This document shows positions 15,101 through 32,464 of a DNA stretch of 64,000 nt, one piece after another. The notes below the pieces were generated by a model, which had not been told where the DNA came from, ran no database searches, and saw nothing but the letters and a program-made list of their open reading frames with translations. The stretch lies in NCBI RefSeq assembly GCF_009914755.1, contig NC_060939.1; one strand, given 5' to 3'. This DNA is from the human T2T-CHM13v2.0 reference genome, Homo sapiens. How positions within the stretch are numbered: the first letter of the stretch is position 1; the number at the start of each line of letters is the position of its first letter. A program made the translations under genes and the position numbers.

Positions 15101-17513
15101 GATCCTGCTTCTGCATGTTCTGTAACATTTTTTTGTCTATTTTGCACATATCTATCCTTTTTACCATTGTTAATTTCATATCTATGATTTCTTTTCTCCA
15201 GCAGAAATTCATAAAGTTTCTGAATGCTCCACATACACAGGACAGATGGAAGTAGGACTGGGCTTGAACCATATTATTTTGCCTCTGATATCTAAGTTAT
15301 GTTTTGTTCAAGAAGATTTAAAAACTCCTGATCTAGGACTTCTCATTTCATATCCAGAATTTCCCAGAGAAACACATTTTCCATGTCTCCTGACCTTTTC
15401 TTTTTTCATGCTGTAATGAGGACATTGCAGAGACCAAAAATATAAATCCCTGTTTTTGAGAGCTGGTCATAGCTCAGAAAATCAAACAATGATTCTTCTA
15501 TACACCTCAAAAAGGCAAAGATAAGACACTAGCCCAGAAGGACAGTGAGCTAAAAGTGTTCATTCGATTCTGGTTCCCTGGCTATGATGGAGAAAAGTGT
15601 CCTCCACCCTGCATCTCCTCCAGTGAACTTATCCTACAAATGTTGAGCAGACTCTTACCCCACAATCAGCTCTTCACAAAAGCAGACTCCAATCCAACTA
15701 GCAGAAACACTGTGCAGAGGATAAACACACAAAAAACATTTAAGTGATTTATCATATCATGAACTTCAAAAAGTATAGTCTATGCCAAACAGAGTAGAAA
15801 AAGGAGCAGAGACCAATCTGTCACCACATCCTTCTCCCCTCATGTCCCCATGATTCTCGTTTTTCTCAGAACTTTTCTCAAACAACTAATTGGTTTGTAT
15901 TTCTAGAAGCAAAGAATGTAAACAAACACTTTAATGGAATTGATTCATGAGACTGGTTATTCTTATCTGTGTGGTTGCTGGCCTTGAAATCATCTTCTTA
16001 AGGGCAAGGAATGACTCTAGAATACAGTATCAGAGCAGAAAATCAAATCTGAGATGCTCAAATTCACGTGGGCTCCCCTAAAGATAAAATACATGATTTT
16101 TCTCATAATCACTGTAGCACTATGGAAAAAATACCAGCAACTTTTATACAGTTTTAGCTCAACTCTTCACCTTCAGTGATCCTGTCCTCTAGATAAAAGT
16201 GACCGGGTGGCTAATTTGATAACAGTAAGACAGTTTTAGGACTATTTCTAGGCAGAAAACAAGGACTGTATTTTCCAAATCTTCCCATCCATCCCAATTT
16301 TCCAGAATAACTGAGAAAGGCAGGCAATAAGTCAATTTTTGAGACCATTCAGGAAAAGTCCTGATATCGTGCACTGTTCAAAATTACTCAAATACCAGTA
16401 ACAGGTAGCCCTGGGCAAGGACCCATGGAAAAGGCCAAGAGACATAGGTTCTTTTGTTAGCCGCCCGCACAGGCTGTCTTCCGAACAGGACAAGGCATAT
16501 AGCCAGGTAATGCTGGCTCTACTGTGCCCAGGTGCAACATGCCCTAGAAAAAGGGTTCTAAAAATATCCAAGAGTCATATCACTACTAAAGGTGATTAGT
16601 GTGCAAAGTATCCGAACTATATTTATTTAGGATTCTATGGAGGGCTCACAATTGGAGTGGCATGACTCACTATACTTCCTGTGGCTTCTCTGCCATTTCC
16701 ACCCTCCTTCACAGGCTTAAACATCTGTCGGGACACTGCTAGAGAGACATGAAAATGCAGTACTACTTTTAACAGATTCTTGTTCAGGGAGAAATCTGTT
16801 ACCCTCTAAACTTTGTTAATGTTATATTTTTCTGAAATCCTAGAGAATACATGAAAAGCAAGTTTCACTTTGTTACCTGTTTATTTTGTTAGAAGTATTT
16901 GCAATTATTGAAAGGATAAAGGTCCCTTCCCCTTTAAGAAGCCAGGTGGTAACGTAACAGTTGCACCTTTCATCCAAGCAAATCATTCAGGAGAGAATGA
17001 CTTATGGACAGTACAGGGCACACAACATTATGTTCTGAATATCCCTTTAGAGGGCAATTCAGTGCCAGGAAAGAAGAAAACAAGGGGCTACAGAAATGTG
17101 AGGTTTCAGATGGCAAAGGGATGGATTAAAGGGAGAAATCTTGTATTTATAATTTCCACCAAGTAACAGGAGAAATTAATACCTATTTTCTAAACAGTAG
17201 TTTACCACAAGATAAAAATTATTGTGGCAGAAATTAATTTAGAAAATACTCATAGTATATTATGTATAAATCCATGTATATAATAGCCATAGTAAAACTA
17301 AAGTGAAGATCAACATAGATCAGTGAAGCCACAGATTACTTCTTTTATTAATGCTTTATGCAACCCCCACTCCCAAGCACCCTTTAAACATTTATCTTAC
17401 TGGATGATGAGTCCATGATTAATTGGCAGTAAGAGCAACAAATATATTTACTATAGTAAAAAAGTCATTGATAAATATAGAACATTTTACATCTTCACCC
17501 TGTGGAGAATTAG

Positions 17514-17702
17514 TTGCACATGCATGTTTATAGCAGCACAATTCGCAAATGCAAAAAATGTGGAACCAACCCAAATGCCCATCAATCAATGAGTGGATAA
17601 AGAAACTGTGATATACATATGTGTATACACGTATACAGATATACACATATATATACATCTATATACACATATATACATATATATACACATATATATATAA
17701 AT

Positions 17703-17738
<36 letters not shown>

Positions 17739-18100
17739 GGGAATACTACTCAGCCATAAAGAGGAACGAATTAATGGCATTCACAGCAACCTGGATGGAA
17801 TTGGAGAGCATCTAAGCGAAGTAATTCAGGAATGGAAAACCAAACACCGTATCTTCTTACTCATAAGTGGGAGCTAAGCTATGAGGATGCAAAGGCATAA
17901 GAATGAAACAATGGCTTTAGGGACTCGAGGGAAAGGGTGGGAAGAGGGTGAGGTATAAAAGACTACAATTTGGGTGCAGTGTATACTGCTCAGGTGATAT
18001 GCACCGAAATCTCACAGATCACCACTAAGGAACTTACTCATGTAACCAAACACTACCTGTTCCCCAATAACCTATGGAAATAAAAAAATTTAATAAAAAA
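17514..18100 (+). mobile_element. L1PB1-like 3' end
   Basis: 'gagctaagctatgaggatgcaaaggcataagaatga', 'accactaaggaacttactcatgtaaccaaac..cctgttccccaataacctatggaaataaaa'. Confidence 0.9.
17610..17736 (+). repeat. (TA/TACA)n(CA)n microsatellite inside the L1PB
   Basis: Read directly. Confidence 0.95.
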
Positions 18101-18184
18101 GACATAACGATTATAACCTCAGAAAATGTCTGCAGAGAATAAAGCTACTTCACAAGTAAAAAGTACATCTGAATAAGAAGACTA

Positions 18185-19490
18185 AATACTGAAAAGAACT
18201 CAGATTACCCAAGATTCATGTAATATATTAAATGCAGTTATAATATACCAATGAGATATTTTTTCAAAAATGTTTAACAAAATATTCTGAAATTTTCCTG
18301 CGAGAATGAACTATAAAAGTATCCAAGAAAAAAGTTTTAAATAATAAGAGTGATAAAAGTAATAACAGGCAGAGGGAATTCATTAAAGTCATTAAGCCAT
18401 ATTATAAAACAACAACAATTGAAATACTGTAGTAGAAGTCTAAGAATAAACAGATCAATAGAACAAAATATAAAGTTCTAAACTAATGCAAGTGCATGTA
18501 AAATATGGTTTGTGATAGGTTTATGTAAAATCATTTGAAGACTAGTATATTATTTAGGTGATAGGCTAAATACAAGGGAGAATGTTAACTTCCTCCCTCA
18601 TAATGTACACCAAATCAAATTCCAGACATACTCAAGAACTAAATATAACAATAGCACATTTTTTAAAACTGGTAGAAAATATTATGAACACTTTTATGAT
18701 CTTGGAGGAAGGATATTCTGAGTAAGCAACCATTTAAAGACAAAATTAACTTATAAAAATTATTAAATCTGACTACCTAAAAAGCATAACTTCTGAAAGT
18801 TAGAAGTGCCATCAATAAAATTTAAAACAATTTTCACATGCATTCACAAAATTTCACATGCATTCACAAAAAGAATAATGAAAAAGAAACTAATGATGGA
18901 AAGAGAGTTAAGTTCTTTAATTATACAGCTCTTAGAAGTCAGCAACAGACACGACAAAAATAAAGACAAAAAATATGCTCAGTATAATAAACAGACAACT
19001 CATGAAGAAATGACTGAATAACAAATGAATTATTATCCTTCCTAATAATAGATAAATTTAAATAATGAAATACCATGTTTGGCTTACCAAATTAGCAATG
19101 ACTGAAACAAGAAGTTCTGATCGGGATGCAAGGAAATGGGGCTTTAATTTGCTATGGGTAAAAAGTGAAAATGGTTCCTACCTTCTAGGAGGGGAGAATA
19201 TGGATCTAAAGCCTTTAAAATGTACTTTAATCAGAAGCTCCTCCAAGAAAATTAATCAGATACATTTTCTTTTATATCTATATATGTAGATATTAATAGC
19301 ATGTTGTTTATATTTCAAAAAAATGTAAAACCATTTATAAATTGAGTAAATTTATGAAACCACTTAAAATAATGCCATAGAATAACAGTGATGTAGGAAA
19401 AATCAAAATATATGGCTCATAGTTCATAATATATGGCTGAGTGAAAACAGGCATTTTTAAAAATAGTATGGTCTTGATTTCACAAACTCA

Positions 19491-19522
<32 letters not shown>

Positions 19523-19700
19523 TTCACTTACTAATAACTAGATGGATATACCTCAGAATTCTACCAGTAGTTACCCTTGAATGGTGGAATTACAAGTAAC
19601 TTTCATTCTCTTTCTTAGGCTTTTATGTGTTATAAAAGCCAGATCATTTTGTGTAGGTCTAAAATAACTCCATTTTTTATTGAATAAAATGTTATTAAAA
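18185..19700 (+). mobile_element. Highly decayed L1ME-like ORF2/3' remnant
   Basis: A-rich degenerate ORF2-like blocks ('attcaatgtaat...taccaatg', 'cagatcaatagaacaaaata', 'aatgaaataccat'). Confidence 0.65.
19488..19522 (+). repeat. (CA)n microsatellite
   Basis: Read directly. Confidence 0.95.
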
Positions 19701-20349
19701 TAATAAAAAGTAAGGTAATTAAAAGCAATAAAGTATTTCATCTATGTCTCTAAAGAGGCATTCCTCTACTAGGATAACAAATATTCTTACAGTTCTTCAG
19801 CCACATCCTCGCTAAACTCAAGCACCAAGACACAGTTGGTTGGAAATAGTTTCTGGCAATCTTCAATTTTAATTTAGTTCCTGGAAATCTGCACCTTAAC
19901 AGCTGGGAAAATGGACAACTGTATATTAGTGGATTCACTTTGTCTTATGAACCTATGCCTAAATTGCTCATATTTAGCTATTGGAAAGTTGCTGGTATGA
20001 GCAGAGGGAGGTTTAGAATTTAACAATGTCGACAGTATTTTTTTCAAAAAATTTCTAGTTTATCCTCCCCAAGGAGATGAGGAATAAAAACTAACCCTTG
20101 GCGGCTCCAGGGCATTTTCTGTAACTAGACACATATAACTGTCCTGGAATGAAATGGATATTTAATCCATTTTCCTTCCCTGTGCTTTTAGTCTACCAGT
20201 GCATGCAACCCTTAAAGCATTTCTGCAGCTAGTGGTCAGGAATGGCACCAGTCTTAGATTAGCTTCACATGGCCAAGGGGGTGAAGCAGAGGCTCTCAGC
20301 TCCCAACTACTCATCTACTTAGGGAAGTATTAGGAAATATCCCCAGAGA

Positions 20350-20490
20350 TCGGAGTTCTTTGAAAGCCATATGATCTGGGGCAGGTACTTAACCTCCCCA
20401 CACCTCAATTTCTCATCTGAAAAATAGAAATAGTAATGCCAAACTTACGGAGTTATAAAGAGGAATACACTTTACAGAAAAGGATATGAA
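20350..20490 (+). mobile_element. MIR fragment
   Basis: 'ggcaggtacttaacctccc..cctcaatttctcatctgaaaaatagaaatagtaatgcc' MIR core. Confidence 0.7.
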
Positions 20491-20776
20491 ATGGCTCTGG
20501 AGTGGGAAAATTATCCAAATGTCCTACCATTTCAATAATGCCACCCTTAAAATGTCACTGGTTTTAGCAGAATGAAATTTCACAGTTTTTACTCAGACAA
20601 AATATCAGCTTCCTCCAAGGGTTAGTTACTGGTGGCTTTTCTGCCTGATGTTTCAAGCCACTGGATGGTGTTGACAAAAAGCACAAGGCAAGAATGCTTC
20701 TTACCAAAACCAAATCTAATGTAAATTGAGGAGGATGATCCATGCCTCTGTTCTAAGTCCTTTCAGGAATGGTTCT

Positions 20777-23630
<2,854 letters not shown>

Positions 23631-24356
23631 TCAGGACTGGTTCTCTTAAGAGAAAATAAGAACTACCTTTTAAAAAATCTACTTTTTTTAGAGTAATCAT
23701 TGATTACAGAAAAGTGCCAAGTATTTTAGTTATACATGTACCACAAGAAGAATGTTATATTTCTCTTTTAGTGATTTTCTGGGCAATGATGTCTCCTCTC
23801 ACACTTGTCTTCCAGTTGTGGGAAATATCTAAGATTCCTTCCTCTGTCCTCGCTCTCCACATTCACTTCAACATTAACTTACTCCACCCCTTTGTATTTC
23901 TGCAGAGTAAACTGTAGGCCCAGTTAAAATGAGGGGCTTCTAAACTAAGATAATCATCTCCACCAAAAAAAAAAAAAAAAAAGTAATAATAAGCTCTCTG
24001 TGGGAGGGATGCTCCTAGAGAGATATTTTGGGGAGCTTCCTGGGTAGAGACTGCACCAATGGACTAACTGGGGCTAGTAGGCTTCAGGATGGCCTTATCA
24101 TTTTAGGAGGTTTTTAGCAAACACCTGATCAATGAACCTAAAATACTAAATATTGGGGATTATAATTGTCTGCTACATATGTGAACTAAGGGGCAATTTT
24201 CTGGGAGCATGCCCGTAGTTGTTCCAAATGGCTATCACCAAAAAATACAGCTATTCTTACTTTACATGCATTCTTGCACTAACATTTTTCCAAAGAAATG
24301 AGAAGAATCAAAATTTATTCATCTGTATTCTTTCAAAAAACTTAAATCCAGCACTA

Positions 24357-24663
<307 letters not shown>

Positions 24664-24801
24664 TTCCAGCACTATTTATTAAATATTATAAACATAACAT
24701 TAGCCTAATCAATACTGACAGCATATAAAGACTAGAGTTGAAAACATAGGCAGTGGGGCCATGTTTCCAATAATGGAGTGTACATTCCATCACTTCCTAG
24801 C

Positions 24802-25264
24802 TATACTGGTTTTCTACAGCTATTGGACCAAATTATTACAAACTAAGTGGCTTAAAAACAATAAGTTAACTTTCTCACAGTTTTGGAGGCCAGAAGTCTG
24901 AAATCAAGGTGTTAGAAGGGCTGGTTGCTTCTGAAGCCTCTGAGGGATAATTTGTTCAATGCCTGTCTCCCAGTTTGGGGTGGTAGTCAGCAATTTTTGG
25001 CATTCCTTCTCTGGTAGATGCATCGTTCTAATCTGTCTTCATCTTCACATGGTGTTCTTCTCTGCATGTGTCTCAAATCTCCCTTCTTTTCTTTCAAAAG
25101 GAGACCAATCATCGGATTTAGGGCCCACCCTAAATCCAAGATAATCTCATCTCAAGATTCTTAATTATATCAACAACGACCCTATTTCCAAATGAGGTCA
25201 CATTCACGGGTACCAAGGATTAGGACTTGCACATATCTTACGGGAATCTATTCAACCCACTACA
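24802..25264 (-). mobile_element. MLT1 (C-like) MaLR solo LTR inserted in a MIR
   Basis: 'tggcttaaaaaca...tctcacagttttggaggccagaagtctgaaatcaaggtg...ttcaacccactaca'. 5-bp TSD ctagc/ccagc. Confidence 0.85.
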
Positions 25265-25440
25265 CCAGCTGCATGACCTTGGGCAGGTTATGCAAACGTT
25301 AAGCCTCAATTCCTTTATCTATAAGGTATTAATAATAACAACACTAGAATTATAATCAAGATTAAACAAGATAACGTATATAAAGTGCCTAATATATTGC
25401 TTGGTTTATAGTGAATACTCAACAATTGTTAGCTGCCAGT
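25265..25440 (+). mobile_element. MIR (3' part; 5' part lies at about 24760-24801)
   Basis: 'tcacttcctagc|tgcatgaccttgggcagg...gcctcaattcctttatctataa' is continuous across the MLT1. Confidence 0.8.
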
Positions 25441-26759
25441 ATTACTATTATTTTCATTATTTTACTATTAAACACTCTGCAGGATTCAGAAAAAATAAAA
25501 CACAAATCCTGTCCCCAAAAGTCTTACAATCCAAGAAAGGATGAATGTACATTTACGCCAGGCCTGACTTTAACTTTGTAACTCAGTATCATTAAGCACA
25601 TGGGTGCTAAGACATTTTAGGGTGCAGAAGACAGACTACAGGTTGATTCTTGAGGTGCTGAAAGACTAAAAACTTTCCCTCTTTAAAATCAGCATGCTCT
25701 CCTGTCCCTTTCTTCTAGAACTTCCCAAGGAAAGAGCAAGTGAAAAAGAAGCTTTTGCTATGCTCCTTCTAGTTTTCCACAATCACAAATGAAACATCAC
25801 TTAAAATTGCTAGGTACAAGGGCCACTTGTGTGAGAATTTACACAGGCAGCAGCAGGCAACATCTTCCCACTAATCTTCCCCACTGGCTCTAGTTTCTTA
25901 CCACTTGTCAATACATTGACATATTATAATACACGAAGGTACAAATCAAACATTATGTACACAATTCATTCTTCTCATACTGTCGGCTGCCCCAGTAAGT
26001 CAGCATTGTCACAAAATGAAATTGAATCTCAAAGGGCTCAAACACCAAGTGGAATGGAGTATTAATGAGTAGAAGATCCACCAGAGTAATGTGTTAGGCC
26101 TTCTGAAGAAAAGAAAATGCAAATGACACCTGAGTACAGCACTAGTCTCACAATGACATGTTTCTTAGTAATTGAACAAAATATGTAACTATTCTCAGTT
26201 GCATTTCCCTCTCAGTCCTATGTTCATTTATTTGTGGAACCTAAAAGAAAAGTAGAGGTTTCACCCAACAGAAAAGGAGAGATATCACCCAAACACTCAA
26301 CAAGATATACATACCCAAATAACTGGTTATTCAGTGAGTTCCAATTTACTAAGTAGGTTTCATGTAGTCAAAACAGTCAAATAGATTTATATATAGACAT
26401 GATCTTTAATACATTTATATTAGTTATTAATTAATTTCACTCCAAATCATTGAGGCTTAATTTAAATGAACCCTTATGAAAAAGGTAATAACACTTACAA
26501 GCTTAACAAAATGAAAAGTTTGCACTGGGTGGGGAGAAAGGTTTTTGTTCATTGTTTTCTAAATTCTTAAACAAAAACCATAGACATGTAAGGAGGCTTT
26601 GGAAAATTTTAAAGCGAAAAGATCTGAGGAGGTTTTTGACCAAAAAAAAACAAACCCAATCAATTTTAATGTAATGCCTAAGATCCAAGGATGTAATGAC
26701 AAGAGAAAACAGAAGCCATTTGTGTAGTTTGAATTTAGCTATTTTTTCCTGAGACTTAC

Positions 26760-26886
26760 TCTATTTGCAGTTGATGGGGTTAATGAGTGGGTCTGTTGGC
26801 CTGGTGGTTATATGATCCTATGCAAAAGCCACATGGCAAGAGAAACCGTTCCCCATATGTCCTGATTTGGATCACTCCTGTGCTGT
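26760..26886 (-). other. Candidate 127-nt minus-strand exon
   Basis: Acceptor gatcctttactgcAG and donor aga/GTAAGT in non-repeat sequence. Confidence 0.3.
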
Positions 26887-28521
26887 CTGCAGTAAAGGAT
26901 CATTTCATCCAAATCTGTGGTCAGTGGCAAAACTATTTGTTGAACTATCCCAAAGCACAGAGCCTCACTTATTGATGAAGTGACAACTCAGGGGGCCATA
27001 CAAATGGTTTTGTGTTTTTTTGTTTTTCCCAGGGAAGAGAAAATTAGTGCTGGAACTCAGGTGCATTCATTACGGAAACTGAAGTCTAAGATGTCACCAC
27101 AAATATCATACAGTGAATGACTCCAAATCTGGAGGGGTGGAATCATGAAATGCAAGGGGAAATAATATTCTGGGATCCAAATACACAGCCAGAAATGGGC
27201 TTCTCTCAACTGATTTGTATGAGGTCAGAGCTTTGCTCTGGTATTTGAGTAGAAACAAAATCTTGGGAGTATGTTTCCTTTTTGGAAGTCCCCCCAGTTC
27301 TGCAGTACAGTTGTCTAGGACCAAATCTCCTTCAAGAAAATAAGGAGGGAAATTGGTTTCCAATTAAATGCTGAATGTACCATCAGAACCAAGCAAAGCT
27401 GCCTCCAACATTTAAAACATTCAAAACACTAAGCAATTTGACATACTTTTTCAAGGTGTTGGCCTTTTAGAAAGCCTGAGGAATGTTATTATAAGACACA
27501 AAGTGAGAAGCTTATGTACCATCCACCCTTTTTACCAGACTTAGAAGTTCCTCCCAGATTCTTTTAGGAGCAGAAGCAGAAGGCAACTGAAGGTGACATG
27601 AGGTGGCTCTACTCGTTTATAAGTTTAGGGTCTGTGATAAGGGCAGAAAACCATAGATGATGAAGGTACAGACCTTTTTCTCTGTCGTAATCATACTCAA
27701 GCTCTTTGCCAAGTTTAGAGGTTTAAGTACAAATGTCAAGCACCCTCTCTGAAATGTTGCCACCAAGAGCACTCCACACCTCCATCTGGAACTTCAGAAG
27801 ATCACAGGCTTTTCATAAATCCCTGTATCATCCCACGAGCTATGACATCTCAGCAGCTACAAAGTCTAGGCCACTTGTATATCAGTCCGTTTTTCATAGT
27901 CTCTCCAGAGTTCCTTTTAACCTTTCTTTCATTGCCTCTGAGAAGAGCTGAGTTATAGACTCTGCTTATATATAAACTCTATTTATATAGACTCTAATTA
28001 TATGAATAATTATTTCTTCAGGGGCTCTTGCAAATTAACACAAAATAATAATTAAAAATGAAACGAAATTGAGGATATTCTTAGAAAGGGTGAAGGACAT
28101 GAAATACATTACTATCTGGGATTTCAACCTTTCCAAAGGTCAATAAATCCCCAAATAAAATGTAAATCCAAGGCTACCTGAGAATTCCATTTCTGTTGCA
28201 TCTTTGTTCATGATGAGCATATGTCTTTTCATTTTGAGGACTTTTTAAAAGAGAAGAGTGACACACAATGCAACATGGACAAGGAATGAAAATTGCTTTA
28301 GACACTGCACTTTGAACATACAAACCTGGGAGGTGCCAGGGTCTGACACTGTATATTTCTTCCTTTGATCTGATTCTTCCAAACAGGATCCATGTACTGG
28401 CAAATTTCCCTAGTGTTCCCTGGTAAGCATCAAAGTAAACCACTGGTTGGCCTCGGTATTTCTACATTGGCTTTCTCCATTGTTTTTATACATAAAAAAA
28501 AAAAAAAGAAAGAAAACTCAC

Positions 28522-28633
28522 TGGGCATTTTACATGTGGTTTCCATATTGTTCCTTAATCATTCAGTTTGAAAGTAAATCAAAGAGGAATGAAGAGTTAA
28601 AGTGCTTGAGATTGGGGTGAAAACTTCAGACTC
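28522..28633 (-). other. Candidate 112-nt minus-strand non-coding/UTR exon
   Basis: Acceptor ttgacttacAG and donor cca/GTGAGT, with stops in all three frames. An upstream strong donor ctg/GTGAGT lies at 28890. Confidence 0.27.
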
Positions 28634-31600
28634 CTGTAAGTCAACATTAATGTGTAGAGCATTTAATACAATTCTGGAACATCTGCAGGGCAGCTGTCTT
28701 ACACAGACCAGGTTCTCAATAAGCTTTCATTATGTGTCACCACAGAATGGGAAACAAATATGTGTGTGTGAGTTGGGGAAGCAGAGGGTGGGGGGTGTAA
28801 TTTGTAGGAAACCTAATTGATGTAACTTCCATTGAAAACAAGACAGATTATTCAAACCTATTCACAACAATATGATTATGAATACTCACCAGAGATATAC
28901 TGAGTAATTACTGAATTAATGAATCAGGAAGGTTACTTTTCCCCCATGTACATTGGGAAATCAAAACTCAGTCAATTGTCTTTATGGCAGAACAAAACAA
29001 CTATGATTCAAATATCCAACAAAGTTGGAAAAACCTGGCTTAACTGAGGGATGAGCTTATTGCATGCCTGCTCGGGTCACATGGGACATCTCAGCCCCTT
29101 TCCTCTCCCTCAATCTTGTCCCCTCTGTGGGCAGAAGCTCACCACTCAGCATCTCTTGTGCTTTTATCCTTAGGTTCCAGTTAGAAGCCATAGACCTCTG
29201 CTGCTTCTCCCAATTCTGTCTTCCTCTGCTGATCACACTGCAGAGTTGGTACCTCAGGCTGCCTACTCTCTGCTTTTAAAAGGCTTCAGAGAACCCTTCT
29301 TTAACTGTGGTCTCTGGAAATTTTCTATGAGATGTTGATTCTTATTCTACAAGAAGAGAATCTCATGGTCTAATGAATGTGTAAAACATCAAGTTAAACA
29401 GAGTTCTTTACTACAGAGCTTCTCGAAGCCTTTAATTTACCACTGTACATTATGGATCCAGGAGAAAAAGCAGATTTGGTCTGGCTGGGTCTTCCAGGGG
29501 TTCAGACATTTTTAAAACTCAGAAAATAGAATTGTTTTGTGTTTCTTCTTTCCAACCACTCAAAATATTTGAAAGGTTTGAGTCCGCTCCCTGTAATAAC
29601 AAGGCAGTGCATTTTAGTCACCTGCAAAGCATCCTTCATCTTCTACTTAGAAGACACTGGGAAAAAATGAGAAGAAAACATTTACTCACTTTTCAGGAAT
29701 CTGATATATTAATACCCAAGTTATTTTTACAAATTTGCAATTCATTGCTATGTTCATACTGGTTCTTTCTGAAATTACTATTTTTCTTTCATTCTTTTTT
29801 TAATTATACTGTTCTTATTTGCTATTATTAAAAAGAAAAAAGCCCCATTATCAGCTACCTAAAGAATGGCAGAGCACAACTAGGAAATGTCACCAACATG
29901 AAAAAGAAAGATTAAAATCTTCCTACCAAATACCTAGACTATGAGTCAATCGGGAGTTGAGCGACTTGAGTTTAGCCAGGCAGGGCTGGAAATGACTAAA
30001 ATAAAGGACAACCAGGCTACTGATAGTAAATCACAGCTGGAAATGAAATTAAACTTTTAAGTTTAAGATTTTACAATTTGTTTTGGTGTGTTGGTGGGTG
30101 AGTGGTGGTGTGCGTGTATGTGAGTGGATAGGTATGTTACTGTGTAAAGGGTAAAGGTTTGGGGGTAAAGTTTTCAGTGGATAAGGAAACAAACAAGATT
30201 TAAAAATTTAGTTAAATAAATGGAGAGTGGAGAAGACATTCAGGTGGAAAAATACAAAATTAACTTTAAAAAAGAAACTGAGGGATCCAAAGGTCTGTAA
30301 GAGAAATATTCTACAACTGGAGAACATGTCTAAGACACACAAAACTTTATCACTATGCAGATTGTACACTATTTCTTATGCATCCCAATAAATGTGCCCA
30401 AAGGTAGCACTTTAAGCTGCACAGAAAATACCAAAGCCCAGACATATTTCAATGCCAGTTCCTGGGCAGGCTGGCCCTCAGGCAAAATATTCTGGAACAC
30501 CTGGTTGGCTGGCAGATTTTCCTGGATGGCAGTGTTTTGGGACCAAACAGGCATTTATTTCAGCCTCTCTGATGCTTTCATATGGTAAAGGAGCAATCAA
30601 AGAATACTGGCTTTATTTTCTGAAGCACTGGTTTTGATCCACCTAAGAGGAAATGGCAGGGGCAGGGGATGGGAGGAGGGAAGGGGAGTAATGTGTTTCA
30701 CAGCTTCAAATCAAACACTGTTGGAAAAAATGTCCAGAAAGCAATTCAGAGTGAAAATATTTGCTTTCTGGCTAAATAGCCAGTAGCTTTTTATTGCAAA
30801 ATGGAAATAAACAGTACTGCTCATTTATACCAAAAAAGGGCAATCTACAAATAACCCAAATCCAAAAATAAAGGTATTGCCCAACAGACTAGGACATGAT
30901 TCACTAAGGTCTTGACTTCAGAGTTTCACCAATGGTCATGGCACATGGATTAGAGTGGGCTGCGGTCGTGATTAGTATTAATAGTAAAAAGTCTCAAATA
31001 TGCCCAAGTCCACACCCCAGAAGGATATGGGCCACAGTCTGTGTGATCCTTACCCTTCACTCTATTTATTGAACAGATGCATTCTCTCTCTCGCTCTCTC
31101 TCTCACCCTCATCCCATGCCCTGCGATGCTGAAGACCCATGTCCAGACCATATGCAGTGACCAAAATAAAAGAAAATCACACTGAAATGAACTCTATGAA
31201 ATTGTTCTCTTTAATAGCCAACAGTTTATAAAAGAGAGTGAAAAAATAAATACAAAGCTAATAATGCTTACAATGAGGAGACAGAAGTTGGCCAAGAGAA
31301 AGAAAGAAATCATAATAGTATTCATTCATTCAATAATGCATTAAATACCTACTACACTGGGAACTGCAGATACAAGGAATAAAATATATCATCTGGTAAG
31401 AAATACGGGAATCAACAGATATATCATTCTAGATGTTCATGTATAAACTGATATTTTACATCCAAATAGCACTTTGAAGGCTTCAGAGACTTTTCAGCCA
31501 CATATTTCACCTGATCCTCATAACATCATTTAGATATAGATCAGGCAGGTAATATATGACACTACAAAGTCAGAAAGGTTGATCTTCTTTCAAACATTCT

Positions 31601-31873
31601 GTTAATAAGGATGAGAACAGAGATTGAATCTCTGGATTCTTGTGCCACCCTCTATATATCTAGAAAATGAACAGTAATTTAGTAAGAAATCTTTCTGTGT
31701 CGAATCACTCCAAAAATAGCTGTTCCTCTGGATCCCATAGTCTGCACTAATTAGTGTATTAGAGCTATTTTTGGAGTGATTCAACACAATAAGATGACAA
31801 TTATAAGGAAGCTTGTTTGTTAGCTTTTGATGATGACCAACATATATCATCTTGTTTGATGATGATTAACATA

Positions 31874-32307
31874 ATCAAGCACTAAAGAATAAGCTACCTA
31901 ACATCCATCCTTGAACTTTGTATGTAAACTGGAGTCTTCTCAATCCTCTAGAATTTGTCTGGGTCACTGCCATTCCAGAATCTACTCATGGTACCTTCTG
32001 TATCAGGCAGGTTTTATTCTCTGAGGTTTGGGCTCTAGTTTCCACCCACATTCACAAACAATGGGCACAGTCACGGAGGCTCTGAATGCAAAGCTGTGGA
32101 CTCTTCTCAGCATTTTTGTGGTTGTCTTGGACATTCATAAGGATCCAAATGGACCGGGTACTTTGACTTAGCACCAGTCTCTACTTTTAAACTATTCAAA
32201 ACATCCCTGTAAAACTTAGAAATGGCTCATGGCTAGGGTTGTATTAATCAACCTTGGGTTTTTAATAAATTCTGTTTGTTAGCATTTTGCAATTCTAGAA
32301 TTTCACT
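31874..32307 (+). repeat. Copy A of a ~435-bp dispersed direct repeat
   Basis: Hand alignment to 33909-34343 gives about 26 differences. Confidence 0.95.
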
Positions 32308-32464
32308 TGCCCTTAAAGCTAAGTCATAAAGAATGGAATAATTCTAGACTACTTTTACTGCACATTAGATGAAAGACTTCCTCCCAGCAAACATATCACT
32401 ATGTAGAATTAGTCACAGCTACTAGTATTAAAAATCCCAGACAGAATTTGGAAGTCCAAATTGT

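Noticed and set aside
28494-28516. Poly(A) tract as the tail of a processed pseudogene
   Set aside because: No upstream AATAAA at proper spacing, no TSD and no recognisable parent mRNA.
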